Assembly (NCBI RefSeq): GCF_001194135.2
Contig: NC_068995.1
Coordinates: 40,583,276-40,647,275 of the forward strand
DNA: 64,000 nucleotides
Origin: Octopus bimaculoides
Lineage: Eukaryota
Reading direction: 5' to 3'
Shown: piece by piece, positions 39,832-51,230 of the stretch
Numbering within the stretch: position 1 is the first letter of the stretch
How the letters are laid out: each line of letters opens with the position of its first letter
Program-made: the position numbers and the translations under genes
The notes under the pieces: generated by a model
The model's input: only the letters and a program-made list of their open reading frames with translations
Databases searched by the model: none
Told to the model about the DNA's origin: nothing

Positions 39832-40624
39832 ATCTAGATAAATGCTGCCGACGTCCATCCGTTGCTGATTATTGGTTATCCAACTGAGTTAATCGTAGCT
39901 AACCTCTGTGTTTATATTTAACAACTGTTTCACTCTTAGTTGCTGTGGACGCGCCCTACAAAGTGTTTTGTGTATATAAATGTACGTGTTTTGTTTTAAG
40001 TATGTATCTGTATTTTTGTGTCTATGGTGTAGTTGCGTGTGCGTGCGTGGGATTATAATTTTTGTTTGTTTATTATTTTTCAACTGAACTTTTCTTTCTC
40101 CTCGGCGTGTGTCTGGTACGTTATCTTTAAAACAGGTGGAGATGCTTGGGGTGAGCGTAAAGTTTATTCAAAACAGATAAACATTCAAACATTTCAAGAA
40201 AGCAGTCGCCCAAACTAGGTGTGTTGTCATAGGTAGATCAGCAGACCTGAAAGTGCTGAAGGTATGGTTCGAACCACATCACTTGATTTGTCCTTTTTCG
40301 GTACAAGGGAAAGTTTAGCTTGGTATACAGCAGAGCTCAACAAGCTTTTTACAACACTGGTCGGCACACAACATATTTCTTAAAAGAAAATTCTTAGCAA
40401 CAAATCGTTTTATTAGCGATACTAAATTGATGAAATCATTATATAAAATAAATATATATATATCCTTTGTTATCAGTCTCGTATTTATGTGCAAAGTTGT
40501 CTGATCTTAAATATACTTCACAGCTAAAAGTAATTCATAAAAATTACGTCATTCTGTTATTAATAAATAAGTCTTTTGCAGCTCTATATACACTTCGCAT
40601 TCATTTCATCTAAAATAATATTGA

Positions 40625-41052
40625 TTTCGAATTTTGGCACGTGGCCAGCTATTTTAGGGGAAGGGACTAGTTGATTACATTTACCCCCAGTGTTCGACTG
40701 GTACTTATTTTACTTATTTTACCGACCCCGAAAGGATGAAAGGCAAAATCGACTTTGGTGGAATATGAACTCAGAACATAAAGACGGGTGAAATACCGCT
40801 AAGCATGTCTGGCGTGCTAACGATTATGCCATCACCTTGGTTTCAAATTTTGGCACTAGGGCAGCAATTTCGGGGACGAGAGTAAGTCGATTACATTGAA
40901 CCCTGTGCTCAGCAGATAGTTATTTTATCGACCCCCGAAGGAGAGAAAAGACAAAATCCAGATCAGCATAATTTGAACTCAGAAAGTAAAGGCAGGCGAA
41001 ATGCCGTTAAACAGTTTTCGCGGCGTGCTAACAATCCTGTCATCTCGTCGCT
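40625..41052 (-). mobile_element. Head-to-tail dimer of SINE family A (40625-40836, 40838-41052)
   Basis: Two abutting family A copies. Confidence 0.85.
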
Positions 41053-41253
41053 GTTTCAGCAACATTACTTCACAAATCATAAACATAACCGAAAACGTAA
41101 TTAGTTAATCTATAAGTCATAAGATGCTTTCTTCCATTCTAAGTTGAACGAAGACACCCACTAGAAACCAGTAATAACAAGGTGAAACTCGTCGAGCTGT
41201 TCTTCGGTTTGTCTTACAAAAAGAACACCGCAGTTAAACATAGTGTTTATTAA

Positions 41254-41298
<45 letters not shown>

Positions 41299-42526
41299 CC
41301 TCTGCGTTTGTGCATTCCGGTGTAAAAAGGTATGTCTATCTTTGTCGTTTTACGTCAAATGTTAAGTTAGCCATTCGATAGAAATCGATTAAATAAATGC
41401 TGAAGACATAGATATTATCGACTAAAACCTTTGAAAGCAGTGCCCCAGAATGGCCGCAGACTTATCATTGAAACTTATAAAAGGTGTGTGTGTGTGTGCG
41501 TGAGAGAGAGAGAGTGAGTAAGTGTACGTGTATAAGACTACCAGTAGAAATGTTTATCTGTTTATATTTCATTCGGTAATTATAATAGCATGTACAATAA
41601 TGTGTGTGCGCTAGTGTGTTTGTGTGTATATACACGTACGTAAGTTTATCAACAGAAATCGCTGTTTACAGTAGGGTGTGTAGTAGTAGTAGTAGTAGTA
41701 GTGGTAGTAGACAACTACATTATTGGTTAATGCGTTTTTTTAATTCCCTCTGATGTTTTTTTTTATCTTTATACTCGGTAAGAGATGAATAATTAATTTC
41801 TGCCAAGGACATGTTGTTTTCAACACTTCCAGAATCTTCCACTCAATATTAAGGTTTATTAAACAAATTTATAGATCGAGGAAACAATACTGAAAACCAC
41901 ACGATAACTAAACAAATAATAATAATAATAATAATAATAATTTTTCTCCGTTAATTGATTAACCTTAGAGAGAAGTCGACGGGGCATGCGCGAAGGATGG
42001 TGGTTTAATAAAGTTTCTAGAGTCAACCAGTCCCTGCGACTTGTCTTTAGAGGATGAAGTTTCTAGATTTATGAGGGTTGTCTCTCTAGAGTTCTAGAGT
42101 ATTATATTGTGTCCTTTTATCTTCTGTAATCGGCAGTCGCATTAAGCTAATGACATGCTAGCTTCTATTGATTGGCTATTTTCAGCGTTATAATATGGGT
42201 TGTTACTTTGTTTGTTGTTTTTGTTTTTTTTACTAAGTGCTTCTCTATAAATGTCATTCCGTAACGGTGTATGATTTTCTTCCAAGCTTGGTGTTTGTGA
42301 AGTAGGGTGACAAAGTACTCATCCTGGCAAGATACAGGGATAGATTGACACATCTACTAAGACGTGTGTTAGTGTTGCCTAAATGTGTTTTATATGATTC
42401 TTTCTCTCTAGCCTATTGTTGTTGTCATATTTACCTTCTTCAACTAGGAATATCTAATTGGTATCGTTGCAGGTTCGAATATTGTGTATCCTTGGAAACA
42501 TTGTTTTTAAACGGGATGCACTATTA

Positions 42527-42920
42527 ATTGTTGTTGTTGTTGGCACTCCGTCGCTTACGACGTCGAGGGTTCCAGTTGATCCGATCAACGGAACAGCCTG
42601 CTCGTGAAATTAACGTGCAAGTGGCTGAGCACTCCACAGACACGTGTACCCTTAACGTAGTTCTCGGGGATATTCAGCGTGACATAGTGTGACAAGGCTG
42701 ACCCTTTGAATTACAGACACAAAAGAAACAAGAAAGAAAGAGTGAGAGAAAGTTGTGGTGAAAGAGTACAACAGGATTCGCCACCACCCACTGCTGGAGC
42801 CTTGTGGAACTTTAGGTGTTTTCGCTCAATAAACACTCACAACGCCCGGTCTGGGAATCGAAACCGCGATCCTATGACTGCGAGTCCGCTGCCCTAACCA
42901 CTGGGCCATTGCGCCTCCAC
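42527..42920 (-). mobile_element. SINE family D, tRNA-Arg-like head, (CAA)n tail, full length
   Basis: Minus strand ggaggcgcaatggcccagtggttagggcagcggactcgcagtcataggatcgcggtttcgattccc shows A/B boxes and a TCG anticodon-like loop. Confidence 0.9.
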
Positions 42921-42967
42921 TCACATGTTATCTATATATTTGTTAAATGAATATGTGTATATGTTTT

Positions 42968-43252
42968 AAGTCGAGCGGCTTAGTGGTTAGGGCATCCGGC
43001 TCACGATCGTAAGGTTGTGATTTCAATTCCCGTCGACGCATTTTGTCCTCGTTTACTCAGCTGGCTAAAATGAGTAGTACCTGTATTTCAAAGGGTCGGT
43101 CTTGTTACACTGTGTGTAACACTGAATCCCCCTGAGAACTACGTTAAGGTTACACGTGGAGTGCTCAGCCACTTGCACGTTAATTTCACGAGCAAGCTGT
43201 TCCGTTGATCGTATCAGCTGGGACCCTCGTCGTTGTAATCGACGGAGTGCTC
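42968..43252 (+). mobile_element. Chimeric SINE: family E-like head plus family D tail
   Basis: cggcttagtggttagggcatccggctcacgatcg...cactcagctggctaaaatgagta is followed by the D tail ...gagaactacgttaagg...gacggagtgc. Confidence 0.85.
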
Positions 43253-43749
43253 CTCTATATGTGTATATGTGTTAACTACGTATAATAACACCAAAGCTGT
43301 GAGTTAGAATAGTCAGGCAACAATTCACTCATTAAGAGAGCTTTCAATGTTGACATTGTCATGATTATGCCGCCAAAAACAATAAAACCACTTGTGAATC
43401 ATGAACCTAATGAGTCTATCGCTCTATACTTAAGAGGTTTTACTCATAAAATTTCATTTCAAAAATCCTTTCAAAGTTTTATCATTGTTTCCATATTCTA
43501 AAAATACATCTTGTGAGTAATAAGTAATTAGTTTTTTTTATATATATATTTTTAAAAACCTTTTATTGAAATCATGATACTAGTTAATCATTAATTTGTC
43601 ATCGGTGAACGTTTTAATCGACCAAATTGTTAGTAAGAGAATTTACTCATCTGTAAATCATTGGTCGGTAAAATGCCACGGTTGAATTGATACCGGTGAC
43701 GTATACTGTAGCCGCTACGATCAGCCAGAAGGAAAAGCCAGCGAAGACT

Positions 43750-43925
43750 CCTTTACCCAGTCGTTCAACCTGCAACAAAAAGTAGCTAAATTTTCCAGTT
43801 ACACCCTATCATCATTGGAGAATGTAGCTCAAGGTCTGGGAAAAGGAAGGTTAAAGAATCGAAACTGGAAAGTCTTCGATCATATATCTATCCGTTAAGA
43901 GCCGATCTGGGGTTAAACAACTACA
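43750..43925 (+). mobile_element. Old degenerate (CAA)n-tailed SINE-like family F
   Basis: Shares decayed motifs with 26235-26430 (+), 15590-15800 (-) and 1080-1250 (-). Confidence 0.35.
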
Positions 43926-44149
43926 AGTTGAACATAAATTAACATTTTCGGTTTGATTAGAACGATATTTTATGCACCACATATTTCAAAGTTCAAGAAG
44001 TGAGGCTCATAAAAACAGGAACAAATTGACACACCATTTGAAGTAAAAGAGATACTTACATAGTTTGCGAGGAGGGTGTTTCAAATATTGATTCTCTTGT
44101 ACATGCTTTTGATAAGGGTTTCACAATCTACATAAGTATGAGACTCAAA

Positions 44150-44440
44150 AGAGGAGTTTGCCCTGTTTCTGAACATGTATATGTTAGTTATACAGTCAAC
44201 TCAAGTTGTCAGTGGTAAGCCCCGTATAGAATAAACACTATTTCTGTGTCCCATTTCATCTGGAAGCTTCGAAGCCTGAGGCAAGATAATAACTTGGAAC
44301 ATTGACGATAGAGTTCTCCCGTACACTAAAGGGTTTCTTTATCGCAGGTTCTGCTTGTCAGAGAAACTATTTATCTTGAAGATACCAACGGTGTCTCTCG
44401 AAAGAAAATCATAAAATGATTTCGAACTGACATTGGAGAA
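44150..44440 (+). mobile_element. Penelope-like GIY-YIG C-terminal relic
   Basis: CPV...; TISVSHFIWKLR; ITWNIDDRVLPYTKG...FCLSEKLFILK. Confidence 0.65.
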
Positions 44441-44807
44441 TATTTCTTTTTGGTCATTTCAACTGACTAAACTGGTACAATAATACCAGGGAAAAGTAAA
44501 GAGAGAAAGCCTTTGCTCACAAAATTTATTCTTGGCTGAATTACTTCCTTTACATTATAGTGGTCCTTTCACATTCTAGCATCACTACAGATCACCCTGC
44601 AACGATTTCCATTCTGCGAGAGCCATCTCGGCTAATGGGAACCATGCTTACCAAAAAATATTAATGGATTGTCTTGCAAGATTAATTACACATGTGATCA
44701 ATTACATCTAATTAATTACACACGTGAATCCGTGCTTATGAAACTTCAGTCGCAGATATTCAAAGCTTGTTTCCTTCGTTTGTACATTTTGATATTGAGA
44801 AAGGTGG

Positions 44808-45020
44808 CGAACTGGGCAGAACCATAAGCACGCAGGATATAATGCTTAGCGGTATTTCGTCTGTCTTTACGTCCCGAGTTCAAGTTCCGCCGAAGTCGAC
44901 TTTGACCTTCATTCTTTTCGGGTCAATAAGATATGAACCAGTTCAACACTGGGATCGATGTAATCGACTTCTCCCCTCCCTCGAAGTTGCTGGCCCTGTG
45001 CCAAAATTTGAAACCAATAC
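44808..45020 (+). mobile_element. SINE family A
   Basis: aatgcttagcggtatttcgtc...gagttcaagttccgccgaagtcgac...ccttgtgccaaaatttgaaacc. Confidence 0.85.
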
Positions 45021-45904
45021 TGAGTGAGAGAGAGAAGGGAACGTGAGGGGGAGAGGTGAAAGGGAGAGAGAGGGAGAAAGGGGGGGATGAGGAGGGAGAG
45101 AGAGATAAGACCGAGGCATGAAACCTATTAAAAATAATGATTAAGACATCCACAAGACACGCTATTTCGTTTTACACTGCAACGAAGACGTGATGGTCGT
45201 AACCGGAACGCCATTTATCATAGGTTTGCTCGATTATAGAGCAGAGCTGAGACCGTGCAACAACAGCAATAACATATCCAATCATACTATCGCCAGTCAA
45301 TTATCGTTCATAGAAACTAATGAGCCGAGTCTCCAGGATTCCAGACGATTTCTTTACGGTGACACACCACTGGGCAAGTGACTCCGCCCCTAATCAATGT
45401 ACACACAAACGCGTGCACATATACACACTTGCACGCACGCAAGCACACACATACACGCATAGAATAATGAAGCACACAGATAAGAAATACTGCAAAAAAA
45501 ATGAGGAAATATATAAAAGAATTCGAGAAGTAGACACTTAAAGATATTTCAGCTTTATGACACTTTTGGTGAGTGGGCTTCATTAAATATATTCAGATGG
45601 GGTTATAGATAGACACAGAGAGAGAAGGGGGTCAAGGGGAGAGAGACATTGAAAAGGGCCGAGAGTTTTAAAGAAAGAAGGTAAGAGATAAAGAGATACG
45701 TTTAAGTGATTGTCTTGGTAGAAACGTATGTATATACGTACGTACGTACATACGGACGGATGGACGGATGGATGGATGAATGTACGCATGTTGATCAAGA
45801 GTTAGGGAATGTAAGTAGAACGTTGAGTTGAATCTAACAACCCTCTCGAAACTTTGTGGTTGTTGTTGGTGTTTTAATTCAAAATCGTTAGCGCATTCGA
45901 CAAA

Positions 45905-46478
45905 ATGCTTACTCTTTTACTCTTTTACTTGTTTCAGTCATTTGACTGTAGCGATGCTGGAGCACCGCCTTTTAGTCGAGCAAATCGACCCCAGGACTTA
46001 TTCTTTGTAACCCTAGTACTTATTCTATCGGTCTCTTTTGCCGAACTGCTAAGTTACGGGGACGTAAACACACCACCATCGGTTGTCAAGCGATGTTTGG
46101 GGGTGGGGGCAAGCAGACACAAAAAAATTATCACACACACACATATACGACGGGCTTCTTTCAGTTTCCGTCTACCAAATCCACTCACAAGGCTTTGGTC
46201 GGCCCGAGGCTATAGTAGAAGACACTTGCCCAAGTTGCCACGCAGTGGGAATGAAACCGGCACCATGTGGCTGGTAAGCAAGCTACTTACCACACAGCCG
46301 CGGACATTCCTTCCAGCTTTATACGTTCTGAGTTCAAATCTACGCGCCGGAGTCGACTTTGTCTGAATCCTTTCGGGGTCGATAAATTAATTACCAGTTA
46401 AACACTAGGATCGATGAAATCGAAGTACCCACCTACTCCCTCGAAATTGCTGGCCTTGTGCCAAAATTGGAAAACCAT
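45905..46478. mobile_element. SINE family C (minus, 45905-46292) joined head-to-head to a 5'-truncated family A copy (plus, 46320-46478)
   Basis: Consensus matches on opposite strands. Confidence 0.85.
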
Positions 46479-47029
46479 TATGAATAGGATGATTGGTAAC
46501 TGCCATGTTTTGGGGGAAGAATTAGCTCTGTGAGAAGGATTTGTGTTTTAATTGCCTACCTTGAGTTCGTAAGAAGTATTGTTATAGAAAATGTGCTTTT
46601 CATATGTGAATAAAGATTGCTTTGCAGTTATATAAACACTATACTTCGTAAGTAGTCCCTATGAGTACTATTTTCTGAACTTCTTACGTTATTATTATTA
46701 TCATTATTATTAAAAAAAGGTAATGTAAAAGGAGAAAGGGCTCTATACCCCTTTCTTATTTTTTCTGACCAGGCTCCCGTGGTTTTATGGGTTTTTCCAC
46801 GTGTAACCTTTCCTTTTTCAAAGCGCCTCCCCCTTTGGGAGTTCCACTTATTTATTTATCTATTTATTTATATCTTTCTCCGTTTTTTTCCTCTGTTTAG
46901 ACGAACTTTCCTACCTTTTCGGACAAAACCTTTTGTAACCTTCGTCCTGTCTTTGTCCTTATATGTTTTTAATTGATATTAGCCCTTGTGGCCAATAAAA
47001 CGAATTAATTATTATCATCATTTATTGTC

Positions 47030-47550
47030 TTTGCACAACTTGCAAACGCTGGAGGTGTACTACGGTGCCAGCTGTTCCTTATCAGTGAACTAAGGTAACA
47101 CCCATTATTTTCCGAGCACCATCCGGAGTATTCGAGCGGTTCCAAGCAGTGCTGTTTTCTGCAAGTGCTCCACCCTTATTGCAGCCCCTATTTGTTCCAC
47201 GTACTTCACGAGATTTTTTCTCACTGTTCCCAGGCTCCGACAACTATTGCTACCAATACCACTTTTTCATCGACCACAACTGCTTAACCTCCCAAGCTAA
47301 CCTGTCATATCTATCGACTTTTCTCTTTCTTCCTTATCGCATATCTTTTTGGGGCATGATATATCTATGATCTTGCTTTCTTTCTCAATTAAGACTATGT
47401 CTAGCTTCCTATTCTCTATCTCATGGTCGCACGGAATCATAAAACCCCATAGAATTTTTGCATTATCACATTCGACGATGCCTTTTGATTTATGTTCATG
47501 CCACTTTTTTGCTTTGTCAAATCCAGGATTTGTCTCTATAATAGAATGGA
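47030..47550 (-). mobile_element. Dong/R4 LINE 3' end (restriction-like endonuclease domain), 5'-truncated
   Basis: KWHEHK..IVECDNAKILWGF..CDHEIENRKLDIVLI..KIIDISCP; AIVVGA...LQKTALLGTARILRMVL*. Ends in an (AAT/GAT)n tail. Confidence 0.88.
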
Positions 47551-47577
47551 TTATTACCCTTATTATTATTATAATTA

Positions 47578-47611
<34 letters not shown>

Positions 47612-47668
47612 GTTTCGTATGTGTATTTCGTGTGCAAGATTCTTGATGTGGATACGTGTGTTGAAAGA

Positions 47669-47734
47669 AATACAATTAAACCTTGGGAGAGGCATTATGC
47701 CGGCATAATGCCTCTCCCAAGGTTTAATTGTATT
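47669..47734. repeat. Perfect 66-bp palindrome
   Basis: AATACAATTAAACCTTGGGAGAGGCATTATGC-CG-GCATAATGCCTCTCCCAAGGTTTAATTGTATT. Confidence 0.95.
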
Positions 47735-47747
47735 ATTATTATTATTA

Positions 47748-47784
<37 letters not shown>

Positions 47785-47788
<4 letters not shown>

Positions 47789-48025
47789 TAGCCTTATTTT
47801 TATCGTGTGCTTTCACTGCACTACCGAGCGCAGCTTTGTGTGCCTTAGGTATGTGCAGCGGTTTATTTTGGTGCTCTTATTTTCACTGTTTGAAAGTGTT
47901 TTACGTAGGATGTGTGCAGTGCCCAGTAGTGCTATTTTCTGTATGTTATATATACCTGTTATTCCTGGTGTTTTTGCTATGTATTTATCTGAATATTTTT
48001 TTTTATTATACCCAATGCGCCTACT
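47785..48025 (-). mobile_element. Second Dong/R4-type LINE 3' end (different subfamily)
   Basis: VGALGII...IQKIALLGTAHILRKTLS, then a 3' UTR and an (AAT)n tail. Confidence 0.85.
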
Positions 48026-48411
48026 AAATAAGGGTGTATCAGAGATCTACGTATTTTTTTCCGCCGTAGCCCCGAGTAATTTATATTTTTATTATTTGTT
48101 CAGTACTTTTAGAGATTTTATACTTGGTTTAAACGAGTTCAGATGCACTCTAGCATTTTTTCCTATTCAAACATACATGCATATGTATATATATATATAT
48201 ATATATATATCACGCCTCATATATTAGTGTGCGTAGGTGTGTGTGTATAAACATTAAGTTTGCTAATAATGATAAGTTGAAATTAAATTAAATGTCGAAA
48301 GTAAATTACAGTAAAAGAAATTTTTAAAATCTGTTTCTTGTTAATTGACTCACTTAAACGACAGAAAAATACCAGTTTTCATATCTCTCTCTCTCTCGCT
48401 CTCTCTCAGTA

Positions 48412-48449
<38 letters not shown>

Positions 48450-48489
48450 TACATATTTATACAGATATATATGGATATATGTATGTATA

Positions 48490-48800
48490 TAAATTTTTTT
48501 TCATTATTTTGAACCGTTAATCCCTTCGCATTTCTCTCTTTCTCTTTCTCTCCCCCCTCTCTCTCTCTCTTTTTTTTTTCGTACACTCTCCATTTTTTCC
48601 TCTCAACCCTTTCTGTCGTATATCGTTGGCTCGAAACGNNNNNNNNNNTTTCGTACACTCTCCATTTTTTCCTCTCAACCCTTTCTGTCGTATATCGTTG
48701 GCTCGAAACGTCAAAGACTTTTCCATTGTCTCCGAGCGTCAAACTAATACACCTGCTTGTTGTTCCCTCACCTGTCTTCGTCTTTTCTTTTTTGTGAATT
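48490..48800 (+). mobile_element. PLE pseudo-LTR-like repeat (homologous to 60880-61080)
   Basis: Both copies share ctttctg...ggctc(g/a)aaacgt.aaagacttt...cg(t)caaactaatacac...cacctgtcttc and are flanked by (TA)n. Confidence 0.5.
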
Positions 48801-48920
48801 TGAATTATATATATTGTGTGAGTGTGTGTGTGTGTATGTATGTGTGTGTGTGTGTGTATGTGTATACATATATATATGTATATTATGTGTGTGTGTGTAT
48901 ATATATACACATATACATAC

Positions 48921-48952
<32 letters not shown>

Positions 48953-50097
48953 CTAGCTGAATTACCTGGTAATGCCCGGAAAAGCGGGAGTTATTTCCAC
49001 TTCCCGGTCCCATTACAGTTTCATGCCCTATCCCGTTCCCTATTCAGTTCCGTTTTTGCTCCGCTCCCATCTTATATCTATGTATACATTTTAGAATCAG
49101 TTAGGTGTAATTAAACCAATAAATATTTCATTAACTTTTATGGTCATAGTTTATTGCTAAAAATAGGTATTACATACTATTAATACAATTAGTGAGTGAA
49201 TAAGGAACATCTCTATATTATTTTAACAAGCGAATATGCATGTAGGTAAAATAAATTTGACCTGTTATACTGGAAAAGCAGGGGTTATTCCCAATTCCCT
49301 TTACCATTACACTTTTCCATGTCCTATTCCGTTACCTGTTCAGTTCCTATCTTTATGCCCAACCCGTTGTTTATGGCAATAGTTTATTGCTAAAAATAGG
49401 CATTGCAAACTATTAATTCGATTAGTGGCTCCCTATATTATTTTAACAACCGAATATGCATCTAGTTAAAATAAATTAGATAAATAGATAGATTTACAAA
49501 TACATTGACAAATAGATTTACTAATAGATTTAAAAATATATTTACAAATAGATAATTGTATGCAAAATATGAAGCAAAAAATGGTAGGGCTATACACTAG
49601 GATAATCAAAATCCAGATTATCTAAATTCTTTACCCACTCTAGTCGATTAAACTTAGTAAAAAGATCAACCTTTGCATGAGCATGGCATACCTGTGAACT
49701 CCTTTGCCGCATTAGTCGTTTGCGTGCGGTTTTAGAGCTAAGGTTTACACGCTTTCGAGGTAGCATCGCGTTCTTGTACTTCAAAGCTATTGTTTTCCTT
49801 TTGGAAAGCTGAGTAGTTCTCACAAACGTCACACGCTGTTTACATGAAGGAGTGCATAGTTGAGCCTTACAGAAGCCTCATTTAATTTGTATCTGTAGAT
49901 GTATTATTGATTTGTAAACACATGCTACAGCCCCCATTAGAGGGCCCATTATAGGTTTTTATTGAAATCTAATTAGCCTATAATTCAACTGGATGTTAGT
50001 TTAACATGTATGCGAAGTTTCGTCAAGATTGGTTCACTTGGGTAGCAAGACGGTAGCAGACAGATAGACAGCAGACAGAAATTGCTATTTATGTATA

Positions 50098-50100
<3 letters not shown>
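48953..50100 (-). mobile_element. Complete non-autonomous Helitron (~1.15 kb)
   Basis: Minus strand A|TC...CTAG|T with no TSD and a degenerate subterminal hairpin ccgggcattaccagg. 5' region aaccaatcttgacgaaacttcgcatacatg. Relic N-terminal ORF MLPRKRVNLSSKTARKRLMRQR...LDFDY (49590-49832). Inserted in (AT)n. Confidence 0.82.
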
Positions 50101-50144
<44 letters not shown>

Positions 50145-50562
50145 GGCGCTTCCCAAAAACATGGTTCCCATTGCTTGTCACCTTAGGCAAGTGTCTTCTG
50201 TTAAAACGTTGTGCGTAGATATGGTAAACGGAAACTGAAAGAAGCCTGTCCTCTATATACCCATAGCCATCTCTACATATATGTATGTCTGTATGTGTGT
50301 GTGTGTGTGAGTGTGTGTGTGTGCATGTTTTTGTGTCTGTGTTTGACCCCAGTACGGATCGACAACCGATGCTGATATGTTTACGTACCCGTAGCTTAGT
50401 GTTCGGCAAAAGAGATCGATAGAGTAAGTATCAGGCTTAACAGAATAATAATAATGATAATAAGTACTGGGGTTGATTCATTCGACTAAAATTTCTTCAA
50501 GGTGGGGCCTCAGCATGGCCGCAGTCTAATAACTGAAATACGTAAGCGATAAAAGATAAAAA
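50145..50562 (+). mobile_element. SINE family C, degenerate
   Basis: ccttaggcaagtgtcttc, ggaaactgaaagaagcc, internal microsatellite and standard tail. Confidence 0.8.
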
Positions 50563-50894
50563 ATTTATATATACATATATATGCGTACGCAGGTACTGGC
50601 TCACACACACGCCCGCATACATTCTATAGTACACAATAGTATTGAAAGAAAACACTTTTAACACGCCAATAATTTATTAATCGAGCTAGTTGCTCATAAG
50701 GCGTTGTATAATGCAAATCAGTCTACCCTGTCCACGTAAGCTCTTAGTCATAGTTGGTTTATAAGCAATGTTTCTGGGGATGGATTTCATCGCTGAAGAA
50801 ATCCCAACACAAAATGAAAACTAATCTGTCGATTCCTCTTTTTTTTTTCTTTTTTTTTTTTCTCCTCTAATATATCGCATATGTAGAGAGAAAG

Positions 50895-51230
50895 AGACCC
50901 TCTTCTTTCATGAATGACCATGGTATTGCATCTAAGATGTTCCCCTCTGAGGCACAATTCCGGGCAAGGTTGTTTATGGAAGACCAGCAGTCACCCATGC
51001 ATACCAGCCTCCCCTCTTCACGCCACCGATGTTATCCAGGAAAAAGGCAAAGGCCGATAGAGCTTGGCACCAGTGACGTCGCAACTCATTTCTACAGCTG
51101 AATGAACTGAGGCAACGTGATATAAAGTGACTTGTTCAAAGAACACAACACACAACACGGTCCGGGAATCGAATTCACTACCTCATGATTGTGAGCCAGA
51201 CGCTCTAACCACAGAGCCACGCGCCTTCAT
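50895..51230 (-). mobile_element. SINE, family E head plus family G tail
   Basis: Reverse complement aligns to 28325-28665. Confidence 0.85.

Noticed and set aside
42860-42920. tRNA-Arg-like and other tRNA-like sequences
   Set aside because: They lack a complete cloverleaf or acceptor stem and continue into SINE bodies, so they are SINE heads rather than tRNA genes.
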